From Octopus bimaculoides (lineage: Eukaryota): 64,000 bases of DNA. Each line of letters opens with the position of its first letter. Position 1 is the first letter of the stretch. Of this stretch, positions 25,817-39,799 are shown one piece after another. Position numbers and translations under genes: made by a program. The stretch is taken from NCBI RefSeq assembly GCF_001194135.2, contig NC_068982.1, positions 14,315,000 to 14,378,999 on the forward strand, read 5' to 3'. The notes below the pieces were generated by a model. It was not told the DNA's origin, made no database searches, and saw only the letters and a program-made list of their open reading frames with translations.

Positions 25817-26302
25817 TACATACATATAACCATTACATACATATGTCTATATGTATACATACATATATATATATATATACTTACATTCATGCACACATAT
25901 TTATAAACATATGCATGTACACAGGACAATGATTAAATGCATTTCTAATATATGTGTCATAAAATATGCATGTTTTCACGATGCTTAGGAAACATATTTT
26001 ACAAGTATGCAAATTCCTAAATAACATTATATATGTTTCCTTACAACATCACTCTCACCATTGCCCCCACCCCATTATTGTCATTCTTTTTCATTGTCAT
26101 CATCTTATCACCAACTGTATTATTCATATCTTTTATCTAGTTTGTCAGTCTTGCATGCTCTGGACACATCTTTTCAGTTTGTGTTCAAAGAGAATTCTGA
26201 CATCTGAATATGCAGATTGAAGCAATGTTTCATTGCCTGAAGTCATACTTAACACAAACCACTCAATTACAGAACATGGTTTCTCTGTGAACATATCATC
26301 AT

Positions 26303-26342
<40 letters not shown>

Positions 26343-26477
26343 CACTTAGATATTGTGATGCTAATAACCTGGTGTTAGAACTCAGTATAGATATGCTTCA
26401 GAAAAAAGCACCATCAAGTACAGAGTGGCTGTAAGAAATTGAGATGGCAAAGGAATAAATAATTATGGTATGAACTG

Positions 26478-26589
26478 CATTAGCTTACAGCTGTTTTTCT
26501 AATAAGGTGTGATGCACTCATGGGGCGATGCTCAAGCACTGGCCATTGATTGCAGGGCACCTTATTGCAGAAACAGCTGTAAGCTAATG
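26478..26589. repeat. 112-bp foldback with about 32-bp inverted arms
   Basis: cattagcttacagctgtttttctaataaggtg / caccttattgcagaaacagctgtaagctaatg. Confidence 0.8.
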
Positions 26590-26772
26590 GAGTTCCTAAC
26601 AATTGTTTATTCATTCGTCATGGTGTAAGGATAAATGTTTCCAAGAACTTCTTCTTTCACCAAAAACCAATTGCATAAGAATGGCCATTGAAAAGGTGAT
26701 TACACAGGCAGTGCTTCAGCATGGCCACAGCCTTTGTGCTGAAACATAAAAGAATAAAAGAATATATACATG

Positions 26773-26810
<38 letters not shown>

Positions 26811-26975
26811 TTGCAAGATTTTTTATGTGAAATCGTGTGTTGAAACAGATGTTGTTGTACTTGGGGATGGTCATATTGCCAGTTTAGCCAATAAAAACAC
26901 ACGCACTGTATATTTGGTGTTAATTTTTTTTTTTTCAGCTTTATATTACATTAATCTTAATCTTAATCTTATTTC

Positions 26976-27020
26976 GGCCAGAGTTCTTTCGTCACACTTC
27001 TGTGACCTCATCAGTGGTCC
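26976..27020 (-). ncRNA. Minimal hammerhead ribozyme motif with intact catalytic core
   Basis: GGACCA-CUGAUGA-G-GUCACA(GAAG)UGUGAC-GAAA-GAAC-UC-UGGCC; followed by (UUAAGA)n tail. Confidence 0.75.
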
Positions 27021-28113
27021 TTTGTTTCCTTCTTTCTTATGTGTGTCTCACCTTGCTAACTATCAGCCATTTTGGCTGATNNNNNNNNNNNNNNNNNNNN
27101 NNNNNNNNNNNNNNNNNNNNNNNNNNNNNNNNNNNNNNNNNNNNNNNNNNNNNNNNNNNNNNNNNNNNNNNNNNNNNNNNNNNNNNNNNNNNNNNNNNNN
27201 NNNNNNNNNNNNNNNNNNNNNNNNNNNNNNNNNNNNNNNNNNNNNNNNNNNNNNNNNNNNNNNNNNNNNNNNNNNNNNNNNNNNNNNNNNNNNNNNNNNN
27301 NNNNNNNNNNNNNNNNNNNNNNNNNNNNNNNNNNNNNNNNNNNNNNNNNNNNNNNNNNNNNNNNNNNNNNNNNNNNNNNNNNNNNNNNNNNNNNNNNNNN
27401 NNNNNNNNNNNNNNNNNNNNNNNNNNNNNNNNNNNNNNNNNNNNNNNNNNNNNNNNNNNNNNNNNNNNNNNNNNNNNNNNNNNNNNNNNNNNNNNNNNNN
27501 NNNNNNNNNNNNNNNNNNNNNNNNNNNNNNNNNNNNNNNNNNNNNNNNNNNNNNNNNNNNNNNNNNNNNNNNNNNNNNNNNNNNNNNNNNNNNNNNNNNN
27601 NNNNNNNNNNNNNNNNNNNNNNNNNNNNNNNNNNNNNNNNNNNNNNNNNNNNNNNNNNNNNNNNNNNNNNNNNNNNNNNNNNNNNNNNNNNNNNNNNNNN
27701 NNNNNNNNNNNNNNNNNNNNNNNNNNNNNNNNNNNNNNNNNNNNNNNNNNNNNNNNNNNNNNNNNNNNNNNNNNNNNNNNNNNNNNNNNNNNNNNNNNNN
27801 NNNNNNNNNNNNNNNNNNNNNNNNNNNNNNNNNNNNNAATATTGCATGTATATTAATATATTTATATAGGAGAGTATTGTAGTTCGCTTGAAGCAGTGTG
27901 TATCATTTAATGTACACTGTATCAAAATAAAAGCTACTAGTAGTTGCTTGCCATTAAGACATGTGGTTAGGCAAGTTTTTATAACATGTCTTGTGCCTCT
28001 TAGCAATCTTCAGGCTCTTTTCCAATGCAGTATTTATTGAATGATATCTGTCTCTTGCTAGGTAAGAGTACCTTTTTGTTGATCTTACTTTAACAGAACA
28101 GTAAACTATCTAT

Positions 28114-28145
<32 letters not shown>

Positions 28146-28394
28146 CTACCTACCTACCTACCTATTTATCTATATATCTACCTACTTACCTATCTATCTA
28201 TCTTTCTATCAATCTATTTATCTACCTACTTACCTACCTATCTATCTACCTACCTACCTATCTACTTATCTATCTATCCATCCATCTATCTATCCACATA
28301 TCTATTTATATTTGGGTATACACATTGAAGTATCTCATTTAAAGGTCATCCACAGTTTTTGGCAACCTGATATCATCAACGGTCTGGAGATAAG

Positions 28395-28564
28395 CCACTG
28401 GATTTACTAGTTGGCATAAGGAAGGGCATCCAGCTGTAGAAACATTGCCAGATTGGATTGGAGCCTGGTGCAGCCTTCTGGCTTGCCAGCCCTCAGTCAA
28501 ACCGTCCAACCCATGCCAGCGTGGAAAGAGGGCGTTAAACGACGATGAAAATGATGATGATGAT

Positions 28565-28565
<1 letters not shown>
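28395..28565 (+). mobile_element. RTE 3'-UTR-derived repeat (family C)
   Basis: Family C motif and (gat)n tail. Confidence 0.8.
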
Positions 28566-28610
<45 letters not shown>

Positions 28611-28874
28611 CAATGGGTATTGTTCACATGTCAAGTGAAGCAATTATTATTTTGTGTTGGCAAATAAGAGTGTCATACTTTCTCATTATGTCAACAGTTT
28701 CTCTGATGGTGCAGTTTATCACCTGTCTTTTTTCATCTTTAGTCACAACCAGACTTGATTCACAGGAAAAGCAAACTAAGTGTATATGTCCTTTCTGATG
28801 GATATATAATCTTCTTCAAGTGAATGAGTAACACTGTTGAATGGTGACAATTATCTAGCTGTTATTGTCTAAAA

Positions 28875-29156
28875 CAGGGGTTTTCAAACTTTTTGACTTG
28901 CGGACCCCTTTATATTTCAGACTTTACCTTAGGGACCCCCTTATAAATGCTTATGAAATTTATACATAAATATTTGCTTAAAATAACATATATTTTTACA
29001 TTTATTTATTTAACAGTATTTAACAAATAGGTTTATTGTCAATTAAAAGATTTCGATTAAAAAACATATATAAAATCAAATTGCCCATAAAAAGTATTTG
29101 CTGTCTTGTCCTTGCGGACCCCTTGTGGTCCGCGGACCACAGTTTGAAAACCCCTG
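28875..29156. mobile_element. hAT (Charlie-like) MITE
   Basis: 16-bp TIR caggggttttcaaact / agtttgaaaacccctg; perfect 8-bp TSD gtctaaaa on both sides. Confidence 0.92.
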
Positions 29157-29447
29157 GTCTAAAACATAGAAGTTTTCTAAAGACATTATTTACCATGTGT
29201 ATTAATATAGGAAGAGTCTCAGAATGCAGACTCATTAGAATATGTTTATGCCATTAGATCCTGTCTACTGGTTATTTGTTTTTGCCAAACTATTTTTTGA
29301 CTTACACAAAATACATAATCTTACTAAATCCTCTCACAAAAATCAAAATTATTAATACATATGGTAAATAATTCTTTCAGATTAAATATAGTAATAAATC
29401 ATAATGATATTGAGGATAGCTTGCATGAACTCAAATAAACAAAACCC

Positions 29448-29884
29448 TAACTTTTCTCATTCTTATTTTATCTTGCAAAACCTCTACTAGAAAAAATAAA
29501 GACATATGTTAGGAGTCTGTTTGTTATGAGACGGCAGTTTAAATTATAGGTGTGGTATATTCTAAAGAATAAGGTCACCAGGAGTTAGAAAGGGAGAGTG
29601 GAGGAGTTGTTTCTGAAAGAAAATATTGAAAGTGTTATGGATATATAATAATAGAGGATAGTTGTTGTGAATCTGGATGTTATAGGTTTATGATGAAATT
29701 TGTTAAAAAAAGAGTCTTTAAAAAAATGTAGTCATCTGATCTACATAAAAATGTAAGAATCAAATAGTAAAAAAAGTAAAAATTGAAGAAAAGGAGATAA
29801 ACAAAACATTGAAGGAAAAACAGGAAAATTAGACCTGTATAATCCATACAAGGAAGAAAACGAAAATATAAAACCTATAATAAA
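29448..29884 (+). repeat. About 435-bp direct repeat, copy 1 (copy 2 at 31381-31814)
   Basis: High-identity alignment by eye from taacttttctcattc to aaacctataataaa. Confidence 0.9.
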
Positions 29885-30714
29885 CCACCAATGACATAGT
29901 TAAACCTAATGTTCTAAAGCTGAAAGTGTTACTCCAATGACTGTGAAAGAAATTGGCTATGGACGCAGATCAGGATAATAAAGATATAGAACATGTTTCT
30001 GCATTTTGTTTATCTGGTCCTGAGTTATCTGACGTTCAACAACTTCTGTTTGGTGGTCATTGATTCACAATCCTTCTTTGTTTCAGAAATTAGAATTTGG
30101 AATTTCGGTAGCTTAGAATACTGGTGACAAGGCAAGAGATGAGCATTTAGTAATCACTGGAACATTACATTGAAAAACGAAATTACATAGAAATCTTTCT
30201 TCTTTTAACAGCACACTAACATTATCCATTCTTATAACTTTTGTGAACTGATTTTTATTGACACATACCCAAGTTAGTTTCCTCAGATTCTTAAGTTTAA
30301 ATAAGAAAACTTTCTTGATCAGAATATACATACTTTATCAATGAATTACAATGTAAGACAGCATTCTATTTGTCACCGACAGATTCTCATATCTTACAGC
30401 CATTATTATCAAGACAGCACTGTTAGAGAGATAAATGGATGTGCAATAGGCATGGTAACTCCCACCTCTATGACAATTTGTAGAATCTCCATATGTATTA
30501 GTTTGTCATTTCTCTTACAAAAGAATATGTAAATATATTGCTCTGATCACAAGAACATAATAATTCTTAAATAAGTTTATGCAAAATAATGTCTGCTATC
30601 TTTTATAGTGAAATGTAGTTTATTATATAACTGGGATTGGCTTTCAGATCAAGATATTGTACTATTAAAGACACAAGAACTAAAACTATTCAAAAGTTTT
30701 GTAAAAAATATTGG

Positions 30715-30945
30715 CAAAGTCTGTGGATTGGCAGAATCGTTAAAGCCTCAGTGAAAATGCCTTGCAGTATTTCTTCTGGTTCTTTGTTGTTCTGGCTCTT
30801 GTACTGAGTTGAAATCCTGCTGAGGTCAACTTCACCTTTCATCATTTTGGAGTCGATAAAGTATCAGTTAAGTTCTGGAGGTGATTTGATCGTGTAACTC
30901 ACTTCCCACCAACTGTTGGCCTTGTGCCTGAGTTAAGAAATAATC
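30715..30945 (+). mobile_element. SINE family B, tail type 2, diverged
   Basis: ttggcagaatcgttaaagc...gaggtcaacttcacctttcatcattttggagtcgataaa...ggccttgtgcct. Confidence 0.65.
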
Positions 30946-31380
30946 ATGGTGAACGATATTCACTCCTTGAATGTAAAAATTCTTAACCATTTTCCTGTGA
31001 TCTAAAAACAAAGTGTTTAAGACACTAAGCTAAGATGAAAATATAAAGACAAGAATAAAGGGTGGAGACAAAAAACAGATCAAGGTTAGAAACTCAATTC
31101 TAGGACAGGCTATAAAAATTGTTTTGTGATGTTAGTGAAGGTGAATTACACAAATTTTAGTTTTCTTATCAAGTTTATAAATGAGATTAAGTTATTACAA
31201 AACAAAAAAAAAAGTATGTGCTGCCTTTAAACAATTGTTGAGAATATTTTACTGCAAAAGAATTCACTTTATGCCAATAAGAAAAAATCAATAATGAATA
31301 AAAGAAAATGAATCCTCAGAAAAGCAAATGGCTCCTCCATGATCTAGAATATGCAGATTAATACACTACATACGTCAATT

Positions 31381-31814
31381 TAACTTTCCCCATTCTTATT
31401 CTATCTTGCAAAATCTCTACTAGAATGAATGAAGACATATTTTAGGAGTCTGTTTGTTATGAGACGGTAGTTTAAATTATAGGTGTGGTATATTCTAGAG
31501 AATAAGGTCACCAGGAGTTAGAAAGGGAGAGTGGAGGAGTTGTTTCTGAAGGAAAATATTGAAAGTGTTATGGATATATAATAATAGAGGATAGTCATTG
31601 TGAATCTGGATGTTATAGGTTTATGATGAAATTTGTTAAAAAAAAGTCTTTAAGAAAAATGTAGTCATCTGATCTACATAAAAATGTAAGAATCATATAG
31701 TAAAAAAAGTAAAAACTGAAGAAAAGGAGATAAACAATACATTGAAGGAAAAACAGGAAAATTAGAGCTGTATAATCCATACAAGGAAAACGAAAATATA
31801 AAACCTATAATAAA
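31381..31814 (+). repeat. About 435-bp direct repeat, copy 2
   Basis: Matches 29448-29884. Confidence 0.9.
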
Positions 31815-32179
31815 GTTAGCAAGTGAATGTAATGATAGTGACAAAGGACAAGCTTGTCAACATAATATGTGTTATGAAGCAGGGGAGGGAGAAAAGAAAT
31901 GAGAATCTACTTAAAAAACAATTGTATTGTTTTGAAATAAAACCCAAGTATAAATAGCTTGGTAATGCAATTATGTGAAAAACGAGCAACTTGATAAAAT
32001 ATGCTTGGTAAACTGTCAACTGTTAGGATTAAGAAGTATTATGAAAGAAAGATCACATGTAGTATTTATTAAGGAACATCATTTCAAACATGAAAGAATC
32101 AAACCTGACATGACCAATATTCTTCATACAACACACTGGCATTAAACATCTGAACAAAAGTCCTCTTGTATCAAATTAA

Positions 32180-32189
32180 AACCTTGTAC

Positions 32190-32221
<32 letters not shown>

Positions 32222-32853
32222 TTGGGCGTGTATGTGTGTGCATATGCTCAAACATATATACATGTTGCATATATATAAATGCACACACACACACATATAT
32301 ATATGCATGCACACACACACATACATATACATGCAGAAACATATATACATGTTGCATATATATATAAATGCACACACACACACATATATATGCACACACA
32401 CACACACACATATGCACACACACACAGACACACACACATGCACATATATATATATATATGCACACACATACAGACACACACATATGTACACACATACAGA
32501 CACACATGCACTCATATACAGACAGACAGACACACACATATATATACGCACATACAGACACACACATGCACTCACATACAGACACACACACACACACATA
32601 CACATATAATGCACAAACATACAGACACCCCCCACCCCTACACATACATGTATGTATATATGATTGTACTATACTGTGTTTATTTGTGTTCCTATGGATA
32701 TGGAAAAATTACAGAGCTAGCTTCAGTGTATGTTTCATTTTTATTGTATCTGAGCAAAAAGCATTTAAACCATATACATACATACGCACACCCACACCAA
32801 CACACACATACACACAAACACATGTATACATACATACATACAAACACATGTGT

Positions 32854-32912
<59 letters not shown>

Positions 32913-32965
32913 ATATATTATATAAGCACATGTACATAATACATACACATGTGTATGTATGTATA
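32180..32965. repeat. Compound (TG)n/(CA)n/(TA)n microsatellite-minisatellite block
   Basis: Low-complexity; source of several spurious ORFs. Confidence 0.9.
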
Positions 32966-33457
32966 TGCATGCAATGATCTTAATCTTGGGTGTATTTGAT
33001 CATATTAGCATATATGGTGTCTAATTCACTCCTAAATCAACCAAGCCTGGAACCATTTTCAAAGGGAAAAGATCAATAACAGATGCTGTTGAATACAAGA
33101 AATGAAAGTGAAAATTTGTCACCATATTTGCAATGAAGCAATATATTAAACATTTTCCAATATCAAACAGTATTAGAATTCTTAAACATGTTGTTGTTAT
33201 CATCATCATCATAATCATCATCATCATCATCACTATTGTTGCTGTTGTTGCTATCATCATCATCATCATCATTATTATTATTACTATTATTTTGCTGTTT
33301 ACAGTCGGTCATGAATAATTATATTTTTGGAACTATGATTAATGTAAATCTTTCCTTTCCTTTACAAAAAATATGAGCTCTGTATTCAGATTTTCATGCT
33401 AGCATATTACAACTTTTCAATGTACATATGTGTGTATATGTGTGTCTGTGTGTATGC

Positions 33458-33490
<33 letters not shown>

Positions 33491-34280
33491 NNNNNNNNNN
33501 NNNNNNNNNNNNNNNNNNNNNNNNNNNNTATATATATGTGTGTGTATGTATACACACACATACGTACATACAGCAAGCTTTGCTATAATATGTTTCAATG
33601 TCAATTAATTAAATGAATTTGATTTTCAATCTTAGCTTGTAAGGTTGGTTTTTGTTATCAAAATTTACATTTAGTAATCAACAATAGATTATGTATTTAT
33701 ATAGAAAATGATGTAAAGATGACAAGGCAAATATTCTCATTTATGAAATGTTCACCTTCACTATTCAAAATTTTCATATAATAAAACAGGATTGAAAATC
33801 TTACTATTATTGTAACATTTTCAACACCTTTAATTCTAGAAGTATAATTTGTGGGGATATATAAAAAAAATTAAAAAATTCAGTAAAATGTGTTTTTGAA
33901 AAATAGATTCTGTTTTAAAATGATGCTGAGAAAAAAATGATCAAATGATCTTCATAATATAACTATAACCTGAAGTTATCTTATCATTATTATCATTTTT
34001 TAATGTAATACTGAGTTTTCTAGTTAGAAAAAATATATAAATGATAAATTATAAAAACAAAATGTAACAACTAATAAGATTGTAATAGAACAGCAAGCTT
34101 GCCAGTTAGAGTTACATCCTACATTTTGAATAATGGCTGCTATAGCCTTGTGTCAATGCTAGCGTTAAAACCATTTATTCACCAACAACAAATGGTGAAC
34201 AAAATCAAAGAGACAACCAATTCAATTAATCATTCTAACAAATACACACACGCAACACACACAGCACACATGCACACACA

Positions 34281-34315
<35 letters not shown>

Positions 34316-34325
34316 GTATACATTG

Positions 34326-34358
<33 letters not shown>

Positions 34359-36969
34359 CGGTTTGTGCATATGTGTGCGTAAAATAGAATATTGAGAATT
34401 AAAGAAAAATTTCACATACAGAGTTCAAAAAAAAATGATAGAAGCTGTGAAATTTGAGAATTACTAAATCTTTGAATTCAAACTAAAATATGAGTAATTT
34501 CTGAAAAAACAGAAATATTAAAATTTACATTTTAATCAAGGAATAAAGCTGTAAGAAGTTCAGTGTATTTGGTACATTTTGAAAAATTACTGAATAGAAT
34601 AAATCTGAAGTTTATCATTCTTTTATTTCTGTTTTATTTTTATTATTCATTTTGCTTTTTTTTCATAACAATAAATTACTTAGAAATCAGTTTCTAGAAT
34701 TTTGTCTTTATCAACAGTTTATAAAATTTCTAGCAGAAATATTCAATAAAAATTAAGAGAGAAAAATAATTTCAGTAGAAATGTAAATGCAATGAATCTG
34801 ACAATCTATATTTCCTCTCCACTTTATTGATAATTTGATAATTCACAATAGCAAAAAAATATTTTCTTTCAATCACATTAACTTGTTCACAGTCACCATG
34901 GTTACATGTAAGTTATAATTTACTATTTGTATATACTATGAAAAAGGTATTACACTAATAGATGCCCAATATCTTCCAGAGCTATGTTTACAGTATATAT
35001 AGAAATATTCGGGTTTTCTTTTATTTGATTTTTTTTTTTTTTTTTTTCCATAGAAACCTTTTAAAGGAAGTAGAGTAATGGCAATAATAAGATAAATTCT
35101 ACCAGCTCTAAAGGAAGGAAAAAATTATTAATCAATTCTTGAAATTGCTACATGTTATGTGATAAATTATAGATCATGTGATAAATGATAATGCATGTGA
35201 GCAATGAACGTTCCTATTGATGATTATACAACACAGAAAACTCCTTAATGCATTGGAATAGAATGAATGGTGAGTTAATTGTCAGTCTGTGCAACATTAT
35301 GAAGAATGGAATGAGCTAATGGAATAAAAAGAGGTCTCTATGAAGTAGAAGTACCAAGGTGATGCTAGTAGAATAGTGCATAAACAGATATGGCTTTCAA
35401 GATGGTTGTCCAATTTATTTGCATAATAAATACAACTCGTATGAAAAACTGAATAAATTTTGTTTAGATTCCATGGGAAATAATGATTTTTACAAAGCAA
35501 AATTATAAAAACAATAACAAAAAACTTAGAATCATATAAAATATTAAGGGATATAACATTCAACTCATTTCACCTTTTGGCTTTTACTGTCAATTTTCTT
35601 ATCACCTATAAATTACCAATATTTTAGCACTGCTGAGTAAAGTTAATATGAATTGCACATACAAATTATATTGCTTGGTTATCAGTTTAAGGTTACTGAC
35701 AAAGAATATTGATGTTCATTCTGAAAATTGGCAAAGTCAATAATTCAGCCTTTAGATTATTGACTTAGTGTTGCTGACAGAAGCAAAATATGTTGGTCAA
35801 TATAATCAACAGGAGCTGCATAATGATTAATCTCATGGAAACTATTTAAATAACCATGGTCTAAAGAAAAGATGTGCTAAATGAATAAAGAGAAAATGTC
35901 ACATAAATCTTGTATTAGTAGTTTGAGGAAAAGATGAAAAATTCAATCAAAATTTTTGGAAAAAGCAAACAGTATTATATTATATTGTGAGCTACACAGA
36001 GAATTATGTTGAGTAGTTTAAAACAAATGCAATTCTCATAATTCTTAATAATAGTTAGAAAAAAAATTAAGAAAGAAAAAGAAACAAATGTATTTTTATG
36101 AAATTGTAACTCTGTTTAATTTCTTTCATTTCTTTAATACAAATTCAGCTATNNNNNNNNNNNNNNNNNNNNNNNNNNNNNNNNNNNNNNNNNNNNNNNN
36201 NNNNNNNNNNNNNNNNNNNNNNNNNNNNNNNNNNNNNNNNNNNNNNNNNNNNTATATATCTGTGTGGGTGTGTGTGTGTGTGTGTGTATGCATGTGTGAG
36301 TGTAGGTGCGTCTTTGTGTCTTTATATGTCCCCAACCAGCATTTGACAACAGATGTTGGTGTGTTTACATCCCTCTAACTCAGCAGTTCAGCAAAAGAAA
36401 CCCCTAGAATAAGTATCAGGCTTAAGAAATATAACAATAAGTACTGGGGTCGAGTCATTCAACTAAAACTCTTCAAGGCGGTGCCCCAGCATGGCCACAC
36501 TCGAATGATTAAAACAAGTAAAAGATAACAGATAGAAGATAAAAATAAAATTGGACAATATCTGTGTATGTGCTTCTAAATCTAAGGAGTGGTTGTGGCT
36601 GATGTCGTTGGACATAAGTCTGTTCAGTTACTGCTAACCTGAAAGTAAACAACAACAACAACATCCATAGCAACAGTGACAGTGATAGCAACAACAACAA
36701 CAACAACAACAAACACACATAAAATGCTACACCAGAAGCTCACTAATTACTAACCCCTGGCCACTTAAATTATCCCACCGAAAGCAAGCGTTTGAATTAA
36801 TTACATCTTATTTAATCAGTAACGTTACTGTTACCTGCAATAAACCACAATTTTCGTTAGTAGGTGCAAATAACACTTCATCGTTAATGCTAAATGAAAA
36901 TAAATCTATTGCACATTGTAAACCCAAACCGATAAAGATCAAATTCTGTGGAGGTTTTTCTCTTATGTA

Positions 36970-37150
36970 CATCATCATCATCATCGTTTAACGTCCGCTT
37001 TCCATGCTAGCATGGGTTGGACGATTTGACTGAGGACTGGTGAACCAGATGGCTACACCAGGCTCCATTCTGATTTGGCAGAGTTTCTACAGCTGGATGC
37101 CCTTCCTAACGCCAACCACTCCGAGAGTGTAGTGGGTGCTTTTACGTGCC
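36970..37150 (-). mobile_element. RTE 3'-UTR-derived repeat (family C)
   Basis: Nearly identical to 9255-9450. Confidence 0.85.
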
Positions 37151-37199
37151 ACCGGCACGATGGCCAGTCAACAATTGATATTCGCAATTAAAATAACTA

Positions 37200-37447
37200 A
37201 TCTTTTATCTCTTACATGTTTCAGTCATTAGACTGCGGCCATGCTGGGGCACTGCCTAGAAGAATTTTTAGTTGAATCAATCAACCCCATTACTTATTTA
37301 TTTTTAAGCCTGATACTAATTTCATTGGCCTTTTTAGCCAAACCACTAAGTTACAGGGATGTAAACACACCAGCATCAGTTGTTAAGCAGTGGTGGGAAA
37401 GACAAACAGTCACAAACACACATACACACAAACACACATGCACACAT

Positions 37448-37502
<55 letters not shown>

Positions 37503-37645
37503 GCATATTTCAGTTTCTGTCTACCAAATCTACTTACAAGGCTTTGATTGGCTCAAGGCTATAGTAGAAGTCACTTGCTCAAGATGTTCAAGGTACCATG
37601 CAAGGGGACTGAACCTAGAAGCATGTGATTGGGAAGCAAGCTTCT
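37200..37645 (-). mobile_element. SINE family A
   Basis: Head, microsatellite, 3' module. Confidence 0.75.
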
Positions 37646-37715
37646 TAGCACACAGCCATGTCTGCACCTGATGAACAAGTGTTCTTCATTATTTATTATT
37701 ATTTACAATTGATAA

Positions 37716-37927
37716 GGTAGCAAGCTGGCAGAATGGTTAGCATGCCGGGTGAAATGCTTAGCAATATTTCATCTGCCGCTATGTTCTAAGTTCAAATTCC
37801 GCCAAGGTCGACCTTGCCTTTCATCCTTTTGGGATCAATAAATTAAATACCAGTGAAACACTAGGGTCGATGTAATCGACTATCCCCCTCCCACAAATTT
37901 CAGGCCTTGTGCCTTTAGTAGAAAGGA
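37716..37927 (+). mobile_element. SINE family B, tail type 2, with probable 16-bp TSD
   Basis: Flanks ttatttacaattgata / ttatctacaactgata. Confidence 0.85.
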
Positions 37928-38293
37928 TTATCTACAACTGATAGGAGTGGCAGACTAGCAAAATCATTAGAGAACTGAAACAAAAACCCTGGGGCCTTTC
38001 ATCTCTCTGAGGTCAATAAAATAAAGTACTAGTGAAGTAAAGGGGGCAGTTTAAATCACTAACCTCTGCTCCCTAACCATTAGGGAGTTGAGTCAATTCT
38101 ATTGCAAATTTATAACAGAAATGTTATGATATATACAAAAGGTGGGACCTGTAAGGATTACCATTTGGTGCTTACAGCGGAATTCACCAAACAATTTGAT
38201 TTATGTTGTTTGCTGAACAGAACACTTAAATAAAAGATTCAATGGGTGTAGGTATGACGTCAGGCACAATAACATTAGTTTGATGGGTCTTAC

Positions 38294-38315
38294 CAAATAT
38301 CTTACATCCAAACAG
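38294..38315 (-). CDS. Candidate 22-nt micro-exon (CLDVRYL)
   Basis: Acceptor actcattattacag|, donor ttg|gtaaga; phases fit flanking candidate exons. Confidence 0.4.
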
Positions 38316-38740
38316 CTGTAATAATGAGTTCACATTCTCAGAAAATATTCTGACTCTGCTATACTTTCAGTTCTCGAAACACATAAGGATAAATATATTT
38401 GTGCATTATTAACATCAGACCCTAAGGGAATGAACAAAACGACAGGTGAATTCCATCATGTTTACACAAAAAAATGTTTGACTAAGTATTCTCTTTCCTG
38501 TTTTCTTTTTTTCTTTGTTTTCTTCTCCTTTGTTACCTTTTATGCAAAAGTGAGAACTGATGACATTGTTTTGTCTAAAAAGGAATGCAGTATACAGCAT
38601 TTTTTATTTTGAATTTCTGTATTTCTAGAAACAGGGTGAATCTCTATTCATCACAAATTGTATCACGATCTTCTTATTGCTTATTTGCCTTTATGAAGAT
38701 TTACATTAATCTTTATAAATTATTGTTATTATTATTGTTA

Positions 38741-38956
38741 GGTAGCAAGTAGGCAGAATTGTTAGCATAGCAGGCAAAATTCTTGGTGGCATTTCATCCA
38801 TCTTTACATTCTGATTTCAAATTTCACCAGCGTCAACTTTGCGTTTCATCTTTTTAGCTTTGATAAAATAAGTACCAGTTGTGTACTGTGGTTAACGTAA
38901 TCAGCTAGTTTCCTCCTCTGAAACTTCAGGTTTTGTTCCTATAGTAGAAAGGATTA

Positions 38957-38960
<4 letters not shown>
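38741..38960 (+). mobile_element. SINE family B, tail type 2 ending in (ATT)n
   Basis: ggtagcaagtaggcagaattg...tagtagaaaggattatcattattatt. Confidence 0.75.
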
Positions 38961-39000
<40 letters not shown>

Positions 39001-39667
39001 GAGTGAGAGGGCAGTGCATGCCATCAAAGTGACACTGGGGTAAAATATATGAAGCCCAATATATCTATCAATATATACCATATGTGCGCAACATGGTGAT
39101 CTCAAATCAAGATATACAGCAGGTGACCTTGCAGGTGACCTTGCAGGTGACCTTGCAGGTGGGGCTCAGTTGGAATTTTCTTCAGATCAAGTAGTTCATC
39201 CTGCTCAAAAGGTCCCTGAATAAGGGTTGTTTGAGGATGATGAATGAAACACCCAAGTTTCCAGAGGTGTATTATCCAACCCCCCCCCCTCCATAATTCC
39301 TCTCAACACATGGCTATGTAAGCTGAGCATGCTATATCTGTGATCCAGCGTGGTTTGTTTTCTTTCTGAATTAAGACTATGTCTAGCTTCCTATTCTCTA
39401 TCTGATAGTCGCACTGAATCATGAAATCCAACAGGATCTTTGCATTATCATTTTCGATGATGCCTTTGTGTTTGTGATCATACCAATTTTTTGCTGTCAA
39501 ATCCATACTTGTTGCAAAGTGTCCAATGGACAAGCCTGGCTATATTGTTGTGGCATCTCTTATATTCCTTCTGGGCTAGTGGTGTACATTGGTTGGTAAT
39601 GCGCCATACAGTTTCACCATTTTGTCCACAGATTCTGCACTTATTGTTTTCTGATGCATTGTCTATT
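39001..39667 (-). mobile_element. R4/Dong-type element A: CCHC + REL endonuclease remnant and 3' UTR
   Basis: KCRICGQNGETVWRITNQCTPLAQKEYKRCHNNIARLVHWTLC and WYDHKHKGIIENDNAKILLDF..RKLDIVLI; ends in (TAA)n. Confidence 0.8.
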
Positions 39668-39686
39668 CTTCTTCTTCTTCTTCTTC

Positions 39687-39723
<37 letters not shown>

Positions 39724-39726
39724 TAC

Positions 39727-39762
<36 letters not shown>

Positions 39763-39765
39763 TAC

Positions 39766-39796
<31 letters not shown>

Positions 39797-39799
<3 letters not shown>

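Noticed and set aside
26770-28006. ORFs over 250 aa spanning N runs (also 46240-47022, 60189-60753)
   Set aside because: Length comes from assembly gaps.
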